From Alkalimarinus alittae (lineage in GTDB: Bacteria > Pseudomonadota > Gammaproteobacteria > Pseudomonadales > Oleiphilaceae): a stretch of DNA of 32,000 nucleotides. Positions 1 through 9,848 of this stretch are shown in pieces. The position numbers were made by a program, and so were the translations under genes. The notes below the pieces were generated by a model. It did not search any database. It worked only from the letters and a program-made list of their open reading frames with translations, and was not told the origin of the DNA. The stretch is from NCBI RefSeq assembly GCF_026016465.1, contig NZ_CP100390.1:3939078-3971077 (forward strand). The letters are read 5' to 3'. The stretch's first letter is position 1, and every line of letters starts with the position of its first letter.

Positions 1-1
1 T

Positions 2-373
2 GATGAGCAGCGCCTTGTGCAAGTATTTATCAACCTGCTTTCAAATGCACGAGATGCGTCACCCGCCGGAAGCGTGATCAAGATCACTGGCAAAGTAGAC
101 GGTTACTCCGTTATCATTGATGTTTCGGATCAAGGAGGCGGCATACCTAAAGATCAGTTAGATCATATATTTGAGCCTTTCTATACCACTAAAGATCCAA
201 ACAAAGGTACTGGGCTTGGGTTATCGCTAGTCTACAGCATCATAGAAGAACATTATGGGCAGATCCAAGTGATTAGCCCCGCAGATAGGCAGACAGGAAA
301 AGGCACCACAGTGAGGCTAAGCCTGCCCGCCCATCAACCCACTAACGACGACACTGATAAATCGGCTTTATAA
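2..373 (+). CDS. cbrA: Sensor histidine kinase, C-terminal HATPase_c fragment (5' part lies left of the window); CbrA-like by synteny
   Basis: The frame is open to the window edge (DEQRLVQVFINLLSNARDA = N-box; DQGGGIP = G1; GTGLGLS = G2). It is followed 3 nt later by a sigma-54 response regulator, and then by pcnB-folK-panBC-pgi as in Pseudomonas cbrAB. Confidence 0.75.
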   Translation, partial: DEQRLVQVFINLLSNARDASPAGSVIKITGKVDGYSVIIDVSDQGGGIPKDQLDHIFEPFYTTKDPNKGTGLGLSLVYSIIEEHYGQIQVISPADRQTGKGTTVRLSLPAHQPTNDDTDKSAL

Positions 374-376
374 CGT

Positions 377-1774
377 ATGAAACACATTCTCGTAGTAGAA
401 GATGAAGAGATTATTCGTACCGCACTTCACAAGTTACTGGTTCATAACGGTTACGGTGTAGAGCAAGCTGAGTCTGTACAAGATGCTATCGATAATTATC
501 AGTTTGATGAATTTGATCTGATAATCTCAGACTTACGACTACCCGGTCGCCCAGGTACAGACCTCATAGATTTAGCGGTCGGCAAACCTGTTTTAATCAT
601 GACCAGTTACGCCAGTTTACGTTCAGCTGTAGACTCAATGAAGATGGGCGCTATCGATTACATCGCGAAACCCTTTGATCATGATGAAATGCTAATTGCC
701 GTCGAGCAAATACTTGAAAAACAATCGCATAACCCAATAGCCTCTGACGGCGAAGCCGAAGAAGAACCTGAGCTAGCAGACATATCCCAAATCAGTGACA
801 TTATTTACGGCCGCTGCCTGCCAATGAAAAAGGTTTTTAACCTCATTGCAAAAGTGGCCCCTACCGACGCAACCGTATTGATACAGGGCGAGTCAGGCAC
901 AGGTAAAGAGTTAGCCGCAAGAGCATTGCATACGTTTAGCAAGCGAGATAGCAAACCCCTAATTTGTGTTAACTGCGCTGCAATTCCCGAGACACTCATT
1001 GAGTCAGAACTCTTTGGCCATGAAAAAGGGGCATTTACAGGCGCCGTTAGTGCTCGCAATGGTTTAGTAGAAGCCGCTGATGGCGGCACATTATTTCTCG
1101 ATGAAATAGGTGAGCTACCCATAGAAGCTCAAGCACGGCTACTACGAGTACTACAAGAAGGCGAGATTCGAAGAGTCGGCTCCACTCAAGCACTCAAAGT
1201 TAACATTCGCCTTATCGCAGCGACCCATCGAAACTTAAGAGCACTATCAAAAACCGGTGAGTTCCGTGAAGATCTGTATTATCGCCTCAATGTAATGCAG
1301 CTAAAACTGCCTCCATTGAGAGATAGACAGGGCGATATTCTCGATCTCGCAAAACTCCTACTTCAGAATTTATCTGACAAACTCGGCAGAACCGGCATGG
1401 CGCTTTCGCCCGACGCGATGAAAGCAATCCAAGAACATGACTGGCCAGGTAACGTTCGAGAAATGGAAAACGCCATTGAGCGCGCCATTATTCTTTGTGA
1501 AGACGGCATGATCACCGCAGATCTACTCGATATCGAAACAGATATTGATGAGTTTAGCATTCCAAAAGGGCTTTTTAGCCCAAGCGCAGCCAAGCCCAAA
1601 CCGGTTCGCGACAAGCCGAAAGACCTATCACTTGAAGACTATTTTCAACATTTTGTTCTTGAACATCAGGAAAAAATGAGCGAAACCGAGCTTGCACAAA
1701 AACTCGGCATCAGCAGAAAAAGCTTATGGGAGCGTCGACAAAGGCTAGGCATCCCAAGAAAGAAAGGCTGCTAA
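377..1774 (+). CDS. cbrB: Sigma-54-dependent response regulator (REC + AAA+ EBP + C-terminal HTH), CbrB-like
   Basis: REC domain (DLIISDLRLPG...KPF), Walker A GESGTGKE, GAFTGA sigma-54 contact motif, and C-terminal Fis-type HTH (LAQKLGISRKSLWERRQRLGI). Synteny with pcnB matches Pseudomonas cbrB. Confidence 0.85.
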   Translation: MKHILVVEDEEIIRTALHKLLVHNGYGVEQAESVQDAIDNYQFDEFDLIISDLRLPGRPGTDLIDLAVGKPVLIMTSYASLRSAVDSMKMGAIDYIAKPFDHDEMLIAVEQILEKQSHNPIASDGEAEEEPELADISQISDIIYGRCLPMKKVFNLIAKVAPTDATVLIQGESGTGKELAARALHTFSKRDSKPLICVNCAAIPETLIESELFGHEKGAFTGAVSARNGLVEAADGGTLFLDEIGELPIEAQARLLRVLQEGEIRRVGSTQALKVNIRLIAATHRNLRALSKTGEFREDLYYRLNVMQLKLPPLRDRQGDILDLAKLLLQNLSDKLGRTGMALSPDAMKAIQEHDWPGNVREMENAIERAIILCEDGMITADLLDIETDIDEFSIPKGLFSPSAAKPKPVRDKPKDLSLEDYFQHFVLEHQEKMSETELAQKLGISRKSLWERRQRLGIPRKKGC

Positions 1775-1960
1775 TACTACCACCTACCCTAGCAAGTGAC
1801 GCCCTATTTCTATCAACCGTTTCTTGCGCTTTTAAATTTTAGCGTCTATATAATATAGACAGGCCAACCGTTGGGAATCTGTGCCAAGTAGTCGCTTTAG
1901 TTTAGTGTGGCGTAGTTTCCTCGTTTTTTCTTTGCTTCCCTCTCGGCGACTCCCCCACAC

Positions 1961-2020
1961 TGTTACCGAGTGTTACCTTGCGAAACAATCGCCTTGTTTT
2001 TTGTTGCCGTTCCAGTAACA
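1961..2020 (+). promoter_or_regulatory. Candidate enhancer (UAS) for the sigma-54 activator: TGTTAC, TGTTAC, GTAACA hexamers
   Basis: TGTTAC occurs at 1961-1966 and 1971-1976 (10-bp phasing), with inverted GTAACA at 2015-2020. These lie 75-135 bp upstream of the -24 element, and the intervening DNA is AT-rich. Confidence 0.45.
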
Positions 2021-2094
2021 ACCGACCTAGATTGATTTTAAACCCATATCAAAAAATACATTAAATCATTGTTTTTAAAGACGTTATCAAAACA

Positions 2095-2110
2095 TGGCAC
2101 CCACTATGCT
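2095..2110 (+). promoter_or_regulatory. Sigma-54 (-24/-12) promoter
   Basis: TGGCACccactATGCT. GG is at 2096-2097 and GC at 2108-2109, the canonical GG-N10-GC spacing. It sits immediately downstream of an EBP gene. Confidence 0.75.
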
Positions 2111-2119
2111 ATTACTTAA

Positions 2120-2495
2120 CCTGTAAAATAAAAATAAAAACATAAATAAAACTGCACAAATAAAAATAACAAAGCGGAAACTTAGCAACCCAAATAAAAA
2201 TAATAATGGACGCTAAGTAGCAAACAGATAGTTTTAAATGCTTAGTTTTTTAGTGGCTATTTAGAGTGAATTGAGTGGTTTTATTCGGTTAACAAGAACT
2301 GCAACAGCAGCGAAAACCTTATAATTAAGCCCTTTCTTTACGACTACCACTCTACGCTTTTGAAATTTTTCGTTTGTACAGCTACTCATTATTTAATGAA
2401 TAGCAAAAAATCTATGGGACAAGGACAGAACAATAAAAATAATTATTTGTCTACTCTTCTCAGCAGGGGAAAGCGCAAGCTTTCCCTGCTAGCTC
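2120..2495 (+). ncRNA. crcZ: CrcZ-like A-rich Hfq/Crc-sequestering sRNA (ends approximate)
   Basis: It lies downstream of the sigma-54 promoter in the cbrB-pcnB gap. There are four perfect AATAAAAATAA copies (2127, 2159, 2193, 2432) within longer A-rich tracts, and a closing 12-bp hairpin at 2462-2490. The only ORF here (2360..2554) is low-complexity. Confidence 0.65.
2462..2490 (+). terminator. Strong stem-loop (GCAA tetraloop) at the presumed 3' end of the sRNA
   Basis: agcaggGgaaagc GCAA gctttccctgct forms 12 bp with one bulged G. It is followed by agctcatttc, so there is no classical U-run and terminator function is uncertain. Confidence 0.4.
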
Positions 2496-2645
2496 ATTTC
2501 AAAGCCTTCCCTAAAACGCCTACACTATTCGCCTTATTGCATTCAAACAGGTAAAATCTGCGCTCCTTATTTATAGAACGGCACTAACAAGTCACTTAAG
2601 TCTTTTAGTCGCCCATTAACCGAACAAGATTCAGGAACTTCTCAA

Positions 2646-4034
2646 GTGGTTTTAAAAAAGGCAAAGCGTCTGTGGGATCGCGTTAAAAATGGCGCAAACC
2701 AACTCAGTATCGAGGAGGCTCCACAGTCAGAATTAAACATAATCCCAAGAGATAACCACCCTGTTTCCCGAAAAGATATTAGCTCTCCAGCGCTAAAAGT
2801 CCTTTATCGGCTGAATAATGCTGACTATCAAGCATACCTAGTAGGTGGGGGTGTACGAGATCTTTTATTGGGCCTTAGCCCTAAAGATTTTGACATCGCA
2901 ACAGATGCTCACCCAGAAGAAGTGCACCGTCTATTTAAAAACTCACGCCTAATCGGTCGCCGATTTAAATTAGTCCATGTTTTGTTTGGTCGCGAAGTCA
3001 TTGAAGTCGCGACATTTAGAGGTCATCACGAAGCCCCTAAACTGAGTGCCAACCAGAGCACCAGCTCAGAAGATGGAATGCTACTCAGAGATAACGTCTA
3101 CGGCACCATGGAAGAAGACGCTCTAAGACGTGATTTCACTATCAATGCCTTATATTATTGCGTCAAAGACTTCACTATATATGACTACGCAAACGGCCTT
3201 GAAGATATTGAAAAGAGACAACTTCGATTAATCGGCGATCCAGCCACTCGGTACAGAGAAGACCCTGTACGAATGCTTCGTGCTGTTCGATTTGCCGTTA
3301 AGCTAGACTTCACCATCGCACCTGAAACCGAAGAGCCTATTTTCGAACTAGCATCATTATTGAACAACATTCCAGCGGCTCGCCTTTTTGATGAAGTTCT
3401 CAAGCTTATGCTCTCAGGCAAAGCTCTCACTACATTTCAAATGCTTAGGCACTACAACTTATTCGGCCAGCTATTTCCTGGCTCAGAGAAAAGCCTTAAG
3501 CAGGGCCCAGAACGTTATTTAAAGTTGGTTGAACAGGCACTGATCAATACCGATTTACGAATCAAGCAGAAAAAGCCCGTCACACCAGCCTTTCTTTATG
3601 CCTCACTACTATGGCCAGCATTAGAAGATCAGTGGAGCAAAAACAAAGAAAGTGGTACGCCTCCTTTCCCGGCATTACAACAAGCATCACAGAAAGTGAT
3701 TACAATGCAGTGCAAATCGACCTCTATCCCTAAACGCTTCAGCCTTAATATGAAGGAAATATGGGAGATGCAAATTAGGCTTCCAAAAAGAAGCGGCAAT
3801 AAAGCAGCCCAACTAATTGCCCAGCCACGATTTAGAGCGGCTTATGACTTTCTTCTGCTAAGAGAGCAAAGCGGCGAGAATCTTGGCGGTTTAGGTCAGT
3901 GGTGGACAGACTATCAAGCATCAGACGAAAATATACAGCGCAAGATGTCCAGCAGCGCAAAAGAGAATGGTCCGCGCCCCAGACGCAGAAAAAAGCGCTA
4001 TTCCGGCAGTGCCCCTAACTCTTCAACGCACTAA
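2646..4034 (+). CDS. pcnB: Poly(A) polymerase I
   Basis: YLVGGGVRDLLLG...DFDIAT nucleotidyltransferase motifs, a basic C-terminal tail, a GTG start, and the conserved pcnB-folK pair. Confidence 0.9.
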   Translation: MVLKKAKRLWDRVKNGANQLSIEEAPQSELNIIPRDNHPVSRKDISSPALKVLYRLNNADYQAYLVGGGVRDLLLGLSPKDFDIATDAHPEEVHRLFKNSRLIGRRFKLVHVLFGREVIEVATFRGHHEAPKLSANQSTSSEDGMLLRDNVYGTMEEDALRRDFTINALYYCVKDFTIYDYANGLEDIEKRQLRLIGDPATRYREDPVRMLRAVRFAVKLDFTIAPETEEPIFELASLLNNIPAARLFDEVLKLMLSGKALTTFQMLRHYNLFGQLFPGSEKSLKQGPERYLKLVEQALINTDLRIKQKKPVTPAFLYASLLWPALEDQWSKNKESGTPPFPALQQASQKVITMQCKSTSIPKRFSLNMKEIWEMQIRLPKRSGNKAAQLIAQPRFRAAYDFLLLREQSGENLGGLGQWWTDYQASDENIQRKMSSSAKENGPRPRRRKKRYSGSAPNSSTH

Positions 4035-4101
4035 ATAACTGAATCACTAGACCCCATTTCTCGGGGTCGAGTCTCGACAGCACGGCAAGGCTTACTCAAT
4101 A

Positions 4102-4599
4102 GTGAAAGAATCCATCAGCAACGTATATATTGGTCTTGGCAGCAATCTAGACGAGCCGACTAAACAATTAAAAGTAGCATTAAGCACACTAGCAAAACTC
4201 CCTGCAACTGAACTAATCAGCCATTCGTCATTCTATAGCAGCAAGCCCGTAGGGCCTCAAGATCAGCCAGATTTTGTTAATGCTGTTGCACAGTTAAAAA
4301 CAACGCTGTCACCTGAAGCACTTCTTCAGCAGCTACAGACCATCGAGCGCAACCAAGGCCGCATCAAAAAGCGACACTGGGGTGAACGCACCATCGATCT
4401 AGACATACTGATGTTCGGCAACCAGACCATCAACACGCCTGAGCTAACAGTACCTCACAAAGAAATAAGCAATAGAGATTTTGTACTAAAACCAATGCTT
4501 GAGCTCGAGCCAACTCTAGCACTCCCGAATGGCACATCTCTCCTCTCTCTTTTGCAATCATGCCCTGACAATCAACTTCATTTATGCTCGGGGCCGTGA
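4102..4599 (+). CDS. folK: 2-amino-4-hydroxy-6-hydroxymethyldihydropteridine pyrophosphokinase (HPPK)
   Basis: IGLGSNL...RHWGERTIDLDILMF...LTVPHKEI motifs, positioned after pcnB. Confidence 0.9.
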   Translation: MKESISNVYIGLGSNLDEPTKQLKVALSTLAKLPATELISHSSFYSSKPVGPQDQPDFVNAVAQLKTTLSPEALLQQLQTIERNQGRIKKRHWGERTIDLDILMFGNQTINTPELTVPHKEISNRDFVLKPMLELEPTLALPNGTSLLSLLQSCPDNQLHLCSGP

Positions 4600-4738
4600 T
4601 AACAGCAAAATGCAGGCAAATTTCCGCTTTTAGAATATTGTATCCGGCCTTCGAACCCGATACCCTTAGCCTAAAGCAGCCCGAGCAGCGGACCCCTTTA
4701 TTGACGCCTAACGGCGATAAAGACATGTAGGATTTAAA

Positions 4739-5530
4739 ATGCCCACCACAATTCAATCGTTGAAAACCTGCAAAGAAGCAGGCGAAAAGTTCACCTGCCT
4801 AACCAGCTACGATGCAACATTTTCTCATATTGTAGGTTCTGCAGGTGTTGAAGTTATCCTTGTGGGTGACTCGTTAGGAATGGTTTTACAAGGTCACGAC
4901 AGCACCCTACCGGTGACCATGGATCACATGATCTATCATACAGAGGCGGTTAAGCGCGGCAATCAAGGCGCCTTAATTATGGCCGATATGCCTTTCATGT
5001 CTTATGCAACACCCGAGCAGGCACTAGAAAACGCAGCGCTATTAATGCAAGCGGGTGCTCACATGGTGAAAATAGAAGGAGGCGACTGGCTGTGTGAAAC
5101 GATTAGAATGCTGAGCGAGCGCGGAATCCCTGTTTGCGCTCACTTGGGCCTAACACCGCAGTCGGTTAATAAACTGGGCGGCTATAAGGTTCAAGGCCGT
5201 GAGTCCTCACAGGCAGACGAAATTATTGCGCACGCCATTGCCCAAGAGCGAGCGGGTGCTGATATTATTCTTCTTGAGTGCGTACCGAGCAGCCTTGCTA
5301 CTCGCTTAACTAAAAATATTTCAGCCCCGGTAATAGGCATTGGCGCGGGCTCTGGTACAGACGGCCAGGTACTGGTTATTCATGACCTTCTAGGTATCAC
5401 ACCAGGGCGACGTCCTAAGTTTGTCAAAAACTTCATGGAAGAAAGCGGCTCGATCGACGGCGCCATAAAAGCGTATGTCGACGCAGTAAAAAGCGGTGAC
5501 TTCCCAGCAGATGAACACTCATTTAACTAG
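4739..5530 (+). CDS. panB: 3-methyl-2-oxobutanoate hydroxymethyltransferase
   Basis: LTSYDA...LVGDSLGMV...KIEGG motifs, adjacent to panC. Confidence 0.92.
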   Translation: MPTTIQSLKTCKEAGEKFTCLTSYDATFSHIVGSAGVEVILVGDSLGMVLQGHDSTLPVTMDHMIYHTEAVKRGNQGALIMADMPFMSYATPEQALENAALLMQAGAHMVKIEGGDWLCETIRMLSERGIPVCAHLGLTPQSVNKLGGYKVQGRESSQADEIIAHAIAQERAGADIILLECVPSSLATRLTKNISAPVIGIGAGSGTDGQVLVIHDLLGITPGRRPKFVKNFMEESGSIDGAIKAYVDAVKSGDFPADEHSFN

Positions 5531-5610
5531 CCTGCGGCACTGTTTTGCACGCACGCCAAGCTATAAAGCAGCTAAACAGGCCATCAACCATCATTTGACA
5601 CCAAAAGCAT

Positions 5611-6453
5611 ATGAAGACTGTACATACCATTAAAGAGCTACGCAGCATTGTGGCGCAGCAGCGAAAGAAAGGTCAACGCATCGTTTTTGTGCCCACAATG
5701 GGCAACCTACATGAGGGTCATATCTCTCTCGTGACAGAAGGGCTAACGCATGGCGATTTTGTTATCACCAGTATATTTGTAAACCCGATGCAGTTTGGTG
5801 CCAACGAAGATCTAGATTCTTACCCAAGAACATTAGAACAAGATCAACAAAAGCTATCTCAAGCGGGTAACCACCTCGTTTTTGCGCCTTCAGCAAAAGA
5901 GATTTACCCACAAGGTATGGACAACCAAAGCAAGGTCATAGTGCCTGATATCACCGAGTTTCACTGCGGAGCTAGTCGTCCAGGGCACTTTACCGGCGTA
6001 TCGACCGTTGTGATGATGCTGTTTAATATGGTGCAACCCGATGTAGCCATATTTGGCCAAAAAGACTTCCAACAACTGGCGGTTATCCGAAAGATGGTAA
6101 AAGACTTATTTATGCCGATCCAGATCATCGGCCTCCCTACTGCCAGAGATCCTGACGGCTTAGCAAAAAGCTCTCGCAATGGTTACCTCAGCGAAGAAGA
6201 GCGAGCCATAGCGCCAAGGCTAAGTGACATTATCAATCTCACTGGGCAAAAAATTCAAGCCGGCGCACGCGATTTTACAGCACTCAGTCGTGAGGCCGAG
6301 TCACTGTTATTAGACAATCAATTTAAGCCTGACTACTTTAATATTGTCGATAGTGAAACACTTAAGCCAGCAGCTCAAACGACTGAATCCATTACTATTC
6401 TTGCTGCGGCCTATTTAGGCGATACGCGGCTTATAGATAATATAACGATATAA
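5611..6453 (+). CDS. panC: Pantoate--beta-alanine ligase
   Basis: [11 protein letters not shown] (HIGH-like) and FGQKDFQQ motifs. Confidence 0.92.
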   Translation: MKTVHTIKELRSIVAQQRKKGQRIVFVPTMGNLHEGHISLVTEGLTHGDFVITSIFVNPMQFGANEDLDSYPRTLEQDQQKLSQAGNHLVFAPSAKEIYPQGMDNQSKVIVPDITEFHCGASRPGHFTGVSTVVMMLFNMVQPDVAIFGQKDFQQLAVIRKMVKDLFMPIQIIGLPTARDPDGLAKSSRNGYLSEEERAIAPRLSDIINLTGQKIQAGARDFTALSREAESLLLDNQFKPDYFNIVDSETLKPAAQTTESITILAAAYLGDTRLIDNITI

Positions 6454-6458
6454 TGGGT

Positions 6459-6481
6459 GCGTTAGCATTAAACGCTTTTTT
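6459..6481 (+). terminator. Rho-independent terminator-like hairpin after panC
   Basis: gcgtt-agcatta-aacgc followed by T6. The stem is short (5 bp). Confidence 0.4.
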
Positions 6482-6499
6482 ACAGCAAGGAAAGAGACA

Positions 6500-8152
6500 T
6501 TGAAGCCAACACTCACAGACTTACCCAGCTGGTCAGCCCTAGAAGCTCACGCTAAGCATATTATTCCATTACATATGCGAGATATGTTTGCGAACGACCC
6601 AGAACGCTTCAAACGTTTTTTTACCGAAGCGGCAGGCATAAAACTCGATTATTCTAAAAACCGCATTTCAGCAGAAACAAAATCACTGTTAGTGAACTTA
6701 GCGCGCGAAGCAAACCTCCCTGAAAAAATAGAAGCCATGTTTCAGGGAAAGGCCATTAACACCACAGAAAAAAGACCTGCACTGCATATTGCTCTCAGAA
6801 ACCTAGCAAACGACCCTATTGAAGTCGATGGCAAAGATATCATGCCAGATGTACGCGATGCCCTGCAGCAAATGGATCAGTTCGTTTGGCGGATTCATAG
6901 CGCCCAGTGGCGTGGCTTTTCCAACAAACCCTTCACTGACATTATTAGTATTGGTATTGGCGGCTCATTTCTTGGCCCTAAACTCGTGTCAGCCTCATTA
7001 AAACCTTACTGGAATAACACGTTAAACTGCCACTATGTCGCCAATATTGACGGCAGCCATATTACTGAAGTGCTCAAGCACGTTAACCCAGAAACAACAC
7101 TGTTTATCATTCAGTCAAAATCGTTTGGCACCCAAGAAACCCTTGAGAACACCAAGGTAGCAAGAAGCTGGTTCTTAAGAAACGGGGGCAACTTAGAAAC
7201 CATCGCCAAACACTTTGTAGCCGTAACGGCTAATACCCAATCAGCGATTGAGTTTGGCATACAAGAAGAGAATATATTCCCCATGTGGGACTGGGTTGGT
7301 GGTCGATATTCATTATGGTCTGCTATCGGGCTCCCCATCGCACTTACCATTGGTATGGACGGCTTTAAAGCACTGCTATCAGGTGCTCATGCGATGGACA
7401 ACCATTTTAGAACAGCCCCCTTAGAAGAGAACCTACCCGTGATTCAAGGCTTGCTTGGCATTTGGTATGGCAACTTTTTAGGTGCAGACTCCCACGCGAT
7501 CCTCCCTTACGACCATTATTTAAGAGGGTTACCCGCTCATATCCAACAGCTGGACATGGAAAGTAACGGCAAATCAGTTGACTTAGATGGCGATGAAACA
7601 GACTACACGACCGGCCCTATTATTTGGGGGGGGGCGGGAGCCAATGGTCAACATGCTTATCATCAGTTATTGCACCAAGGCACTCGATTATCACCTGCAG
7701 ATTTCATCATTCCTTTACAAAGCCACAACCCTGTCGCAACCCACCATGCAATTTTATTTGCAAACTGCCTAAGCCAAACTCAAGCGCTTATGCAGGGAAA
7801 GACCGAGCAAGAAGCCAAACAAGAGCTTTTAGATAAGGGACTTAGTCACGAAGACGCTAACACGTTAGCGCCTCATAAGGTGATAGCAGGCAACAAGCCT
7901 TCTAACACCATTCTGTTTGATAAGGCAACGCCGCGAACCGTAGGAGCACTTATAGCAATGTATGAACATAAGGTTTATGTTCAGGGTGCGATATGGAATA
8001 TCAATTCATTTGACCAGTGGGGCGTAGAGCTAGGTAAGCAGCTCGGCAATGAGATACTTCATAAATTGCTAGATGAGCCATCAAATAAACAACTCGATGC
8101 ATCAACAGAAGGCCTTATCGACCTTTATAGCACCTACGGCACGTCAATTTAA
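6500..8152 (+). CDS. pgi: Glucose-6-phosphate isomerase
   Basis: Full-length PGI with [20 protein letters not shown] and ESNGK motifs and a TTG start. Confidence 0.92.
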   Translation: MKPTLTDLPSWSALEAHAKHIIPLHMRDMFANDPERFKRFFTEAAGIKLDYSKNRISAETKSLLVNLAREANLPEKIEAMFQGKAINTTEKRPALHIALRNLANDPIEVDGKDIMPDVRDALQQMDQFVWRIHSAQWRGFSNKPFTDIISIGIGGSFLGPKLVSASLKPYWNNTLNCHYVANIDGSHITEVLKHVNPETTLFIIQSKSFGTQETLENTKVARSWFLRNGGNLETIAKHFVAVTANTQSAIEFGIQEENIFPMWDWVGGRYSLWSAIGLPIALTIGMDGFKALLSGAHAMDNHFRTAPLEENLPVIQGLLGIWYGNFLGADSHAILPYDHYLRGLPAHIQQLDMESNGKSVDLDGDETDYTTGPIIWGGAGANGQHAYHQLLHQGTRLSPADFIIPLQSHNPVATHHAILFANCLSQTQALMQGKTEQEAKQELLDKGLSHEDANTLAPHKVIAGNKPSNTILFDKATPRTVGALIAMYEHKVYVQGAIWNINSFDQWGVELGKQLGNEILHKLLDEPSNKQLDASTEGLIDLYSTYGTSI

Positions 8153-8175
8153 GCTTGCACCGAGGCTAGCAACCT

Positions 8176-8697
8176 CTAAATAGCTGACTTCATAGGTGAT
8201 ACCGTTTCACCTTGCCAGATGAAATCGACAGGTTTCAGCTTCTGAGACCTGTCAAACGCCTGCCATAATTGCGCATACGTCTTAAGTATCTGCGGATGTA
8301 CTTTATTACCTGCCACTTCAGCTAGCGGCCAAAGCACAAATGCATTCTCTAAAATTTCAGATCTCGGTAAAGACACGCCATCAATATTTCCCACTTGCTC
8401 ATCGTAAGTCAGAATATCAATATCCAGCGTACGAGAGCAAAATTTAGGCGCATTCTTAACGCGCCCGTTTTCAGACTCAACTCGCTTAAGTAGCAGAGAT
8501 AGCTCACCGACTGCCAACGCCGTATTAAAGCCCACCACTAAATTCAGAAAACAGTCACCATCAAAACCAACAGACTCACTTTCAAAGACTGAAGATACCT
8601 GTAACTCGCCAAAATGATCCTGCAGAGCATCTAGCGCCGCAGTTACGTGCAGTTCGGGCTCTATATTGCTCCCGATGCTTACATAGACTTCAGCCAA
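8176..8697 (-). CDS. folK: Second HPPK-family protein (folK paralogue), translationally coupled to folB
   Basis: SIGSN...RTLDIDILTY...LPRSEI motifs. The preferred start is TTG at 8697, with AGGAG upstream, overlapping the folB stop (TTGGCTGA). The ORF track's longer form (to 8769) would overlap folB by 80 nt. Confidence 0.75.
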   Translation of the reverse strand: MAEVYVSIGSNIEPELHVTAALDALQDHFGELQVSSVFESESVGFDGDCFLNLVVGFNTALAVGELSLLLKRVESENGRVKNAPKFCSRTLDIDILTYDEQVGNIDGVSLPRSEILENAFVLWPLAEVAGNKVHPQILKTYAQLWQAFDRSQKLKPVDFIWQGETVSPMKSAI

Positions 8698-9070
8698 GTG
8701 AGCGCTCTCCTTTTGGGTAATCGCCACGCGTAATAACCAGACCAACACCTGCCGCTTCAGGCACTGCACCCGGCTTGTTCATTCTGAGCATTAACCCCGA
8801 AACAGAAAACTCATCCATTACAATTCGCGCAACTTGTTCTGCCAATGCTTCCAGTAACTGATAAGCGCTCGCTTCAACGAATGATATTATTCGCTGCGAA
8901 ACCGCGCTGTAGTCCAGAGCGTGAACAAGGTCATCCGTCGACGCGGCAGTGGAAATATCAAAACACATCTCTAAATCTAGCACTAATCGCTGCTTTATGG
9001 TTCGTTCCCAGTCATAAACGCCGATGGTCGCATCAATAGCCAACCCCGTTATAAATACTCTATCACTCAC
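8690..9070 (-). CDS. folB: Dihydroneopterin aldolase
   Basis: IGVYDWERTIKQRLVLDLEM...ALDYSAV motifs. The preferred start is GTG at 9070 (AGGAA upstream; gives MSDRVFI...), with GTG at 9091 as an alternative. Confidence 0.85.
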   Translation of the reverse strand: MSDRVFITGLAIDATIGVYDWERTIKQRLVLDLEMCFDISTAASTDDLVHALDYSAVSQRIISFVEASAYQLLEALAEQVARIVMDEFSVSGLMLRMNKPGAVPEAAGVGLVITRGDYPKGERSLG

Positions 9071-9242
9071 TATTACATTCCTACTGAACACAGCCTCAAG
9101 CCGAGGATATTAATGAATCTTGCGAAGCGCCTAACCAGCGCATGAATTTAACTCATAACCATTAGCCAATACAGAAATTGCCTATATCTGTATTGGCGTG
9201 TATGTTACTAAGTTCTCTTTAATCAGTCCCTATTTAAAACCT

Positions 9243-9848
9243 ATGGATACCGACAGCTTCATTATTACTTGCGTACTTACCCTATTCGCTTATGGCCTCG
9301 GTTCCATATCTGGCGCTATTTCTACCTGCCGTTTTTTTTCTCTCACTGACCCCAGAACATCAGGTTCAAAAAACCCTGGAGCAACCAATGTATATCGCAT
9401 TGGCGGAACGACGCCAGCGGTTATCACACTGATTATCGATAGCGTAAAAGGCGCTATACCAGTCTGTTTTGCCGTCGCTGCGGGGTTACCAGAACTCACT
9501 CAAGGCATTATTGCCCTTGCAGCAATAACGGGCCATATGTACCCCATTTACTATCATTTTAAAGGGGGGAAAGGCGTTGCCACCACGCTAGGAGCTGGCC
9601 TAGTGCTTTCACCCCTCACCACACTATTCATTACCGCCTGCTGGATAGCCGTAGCTCGAAAAGTCAGAATTTCATCTGTTGCATCACTTACTGCTGCAGT
9701 ACTAGCACCTCTGACAGCTTACCTGTTAGACCCCTCTTATACACTGGTTTATAGCATTCTCAGTGTCATGATTATCTTTCGGCATAAAGATAATATTTCA
9801 GGGTTATTAACACAAAATGAGAAACGGCTTGATAAGCCAGACCTCTAA
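9243..9848 (+). CDS. plsY: Glycerol-3-phosphate acyltransferase PlsY
   Basis: GSISGAI...[15 protein letters not shown]...KGGKGVAT motifs. ATG at 9243 is preferred over GTG at 9198 by length comparison with PlsY proteins. Confidence 0.85.
   Translation: MDTDSFIITCVLTLFAYGLGSISGAISTCRFFSLTDPRTSGSKNPGATNVYRIGGTTPAVITLIIDSVKGAIPVCFAVAAGLPELTQGIIALAAITGHMYPIYYHFKGGKGVATTLGAGLVLSPLTTLFITACWIAVARKVRISSVASLTAAVLAPLTAYLLDPSYTLVYSILSVMIIFRHKDNISGLLTQNEKRLDKPDL

Noticed and set aside
2120-2495. Possibility that the sRNA is a Csr/Rsm-type (GGA-motif) sponge.
   Set aside because: Only a few GGA triplets are present and they are not in repeated hairpin loops. The promoter is sigma-54 type rather than GacA type. 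The A-rich motifs and the cbrB synteny fit CrcZ instead.
2360-2554. 64-aa ORF in the cbrB-pcnB gap.
   Set aside because: Its sequence is low-complexity and Lys/Asn-rich because of the A-rich tracts. It has no SD, it spans the strong hairpin, and it lies inside the proposed sRNA.
4050-4078. Two overlapping GC-rich hairpins after pcnB (gacccc-N7-ggggtc; gtcgag-t-ctcgac).
   Set aside because: There is no U-tract, and folK follows within 25 nt in what is normally a pcnB-folK operon. They may be an mRNA stability element, but the evidence is too weak to call a feature.
7626-7634. G9 homopolymer inside pgi (codons W-G-G-A).
   Set aside because: The reading frame is intact through a full-length, well-conserved PGI. 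It is probably just codon usage, and is noteworthy only as an indel-prone site for sequencing. The overlapping +2/+3 ORFs (7587..7772 and 7624..7836) are spurious.
9845-9848. 4-nt convergent overlap of the plsY and tsaD stops, with similarly tight convergent ends at 22008/22030 and 26833/26836.
   Set aside because: Compact convergent termini are common. No hairpin or other element is visible in these junctions.
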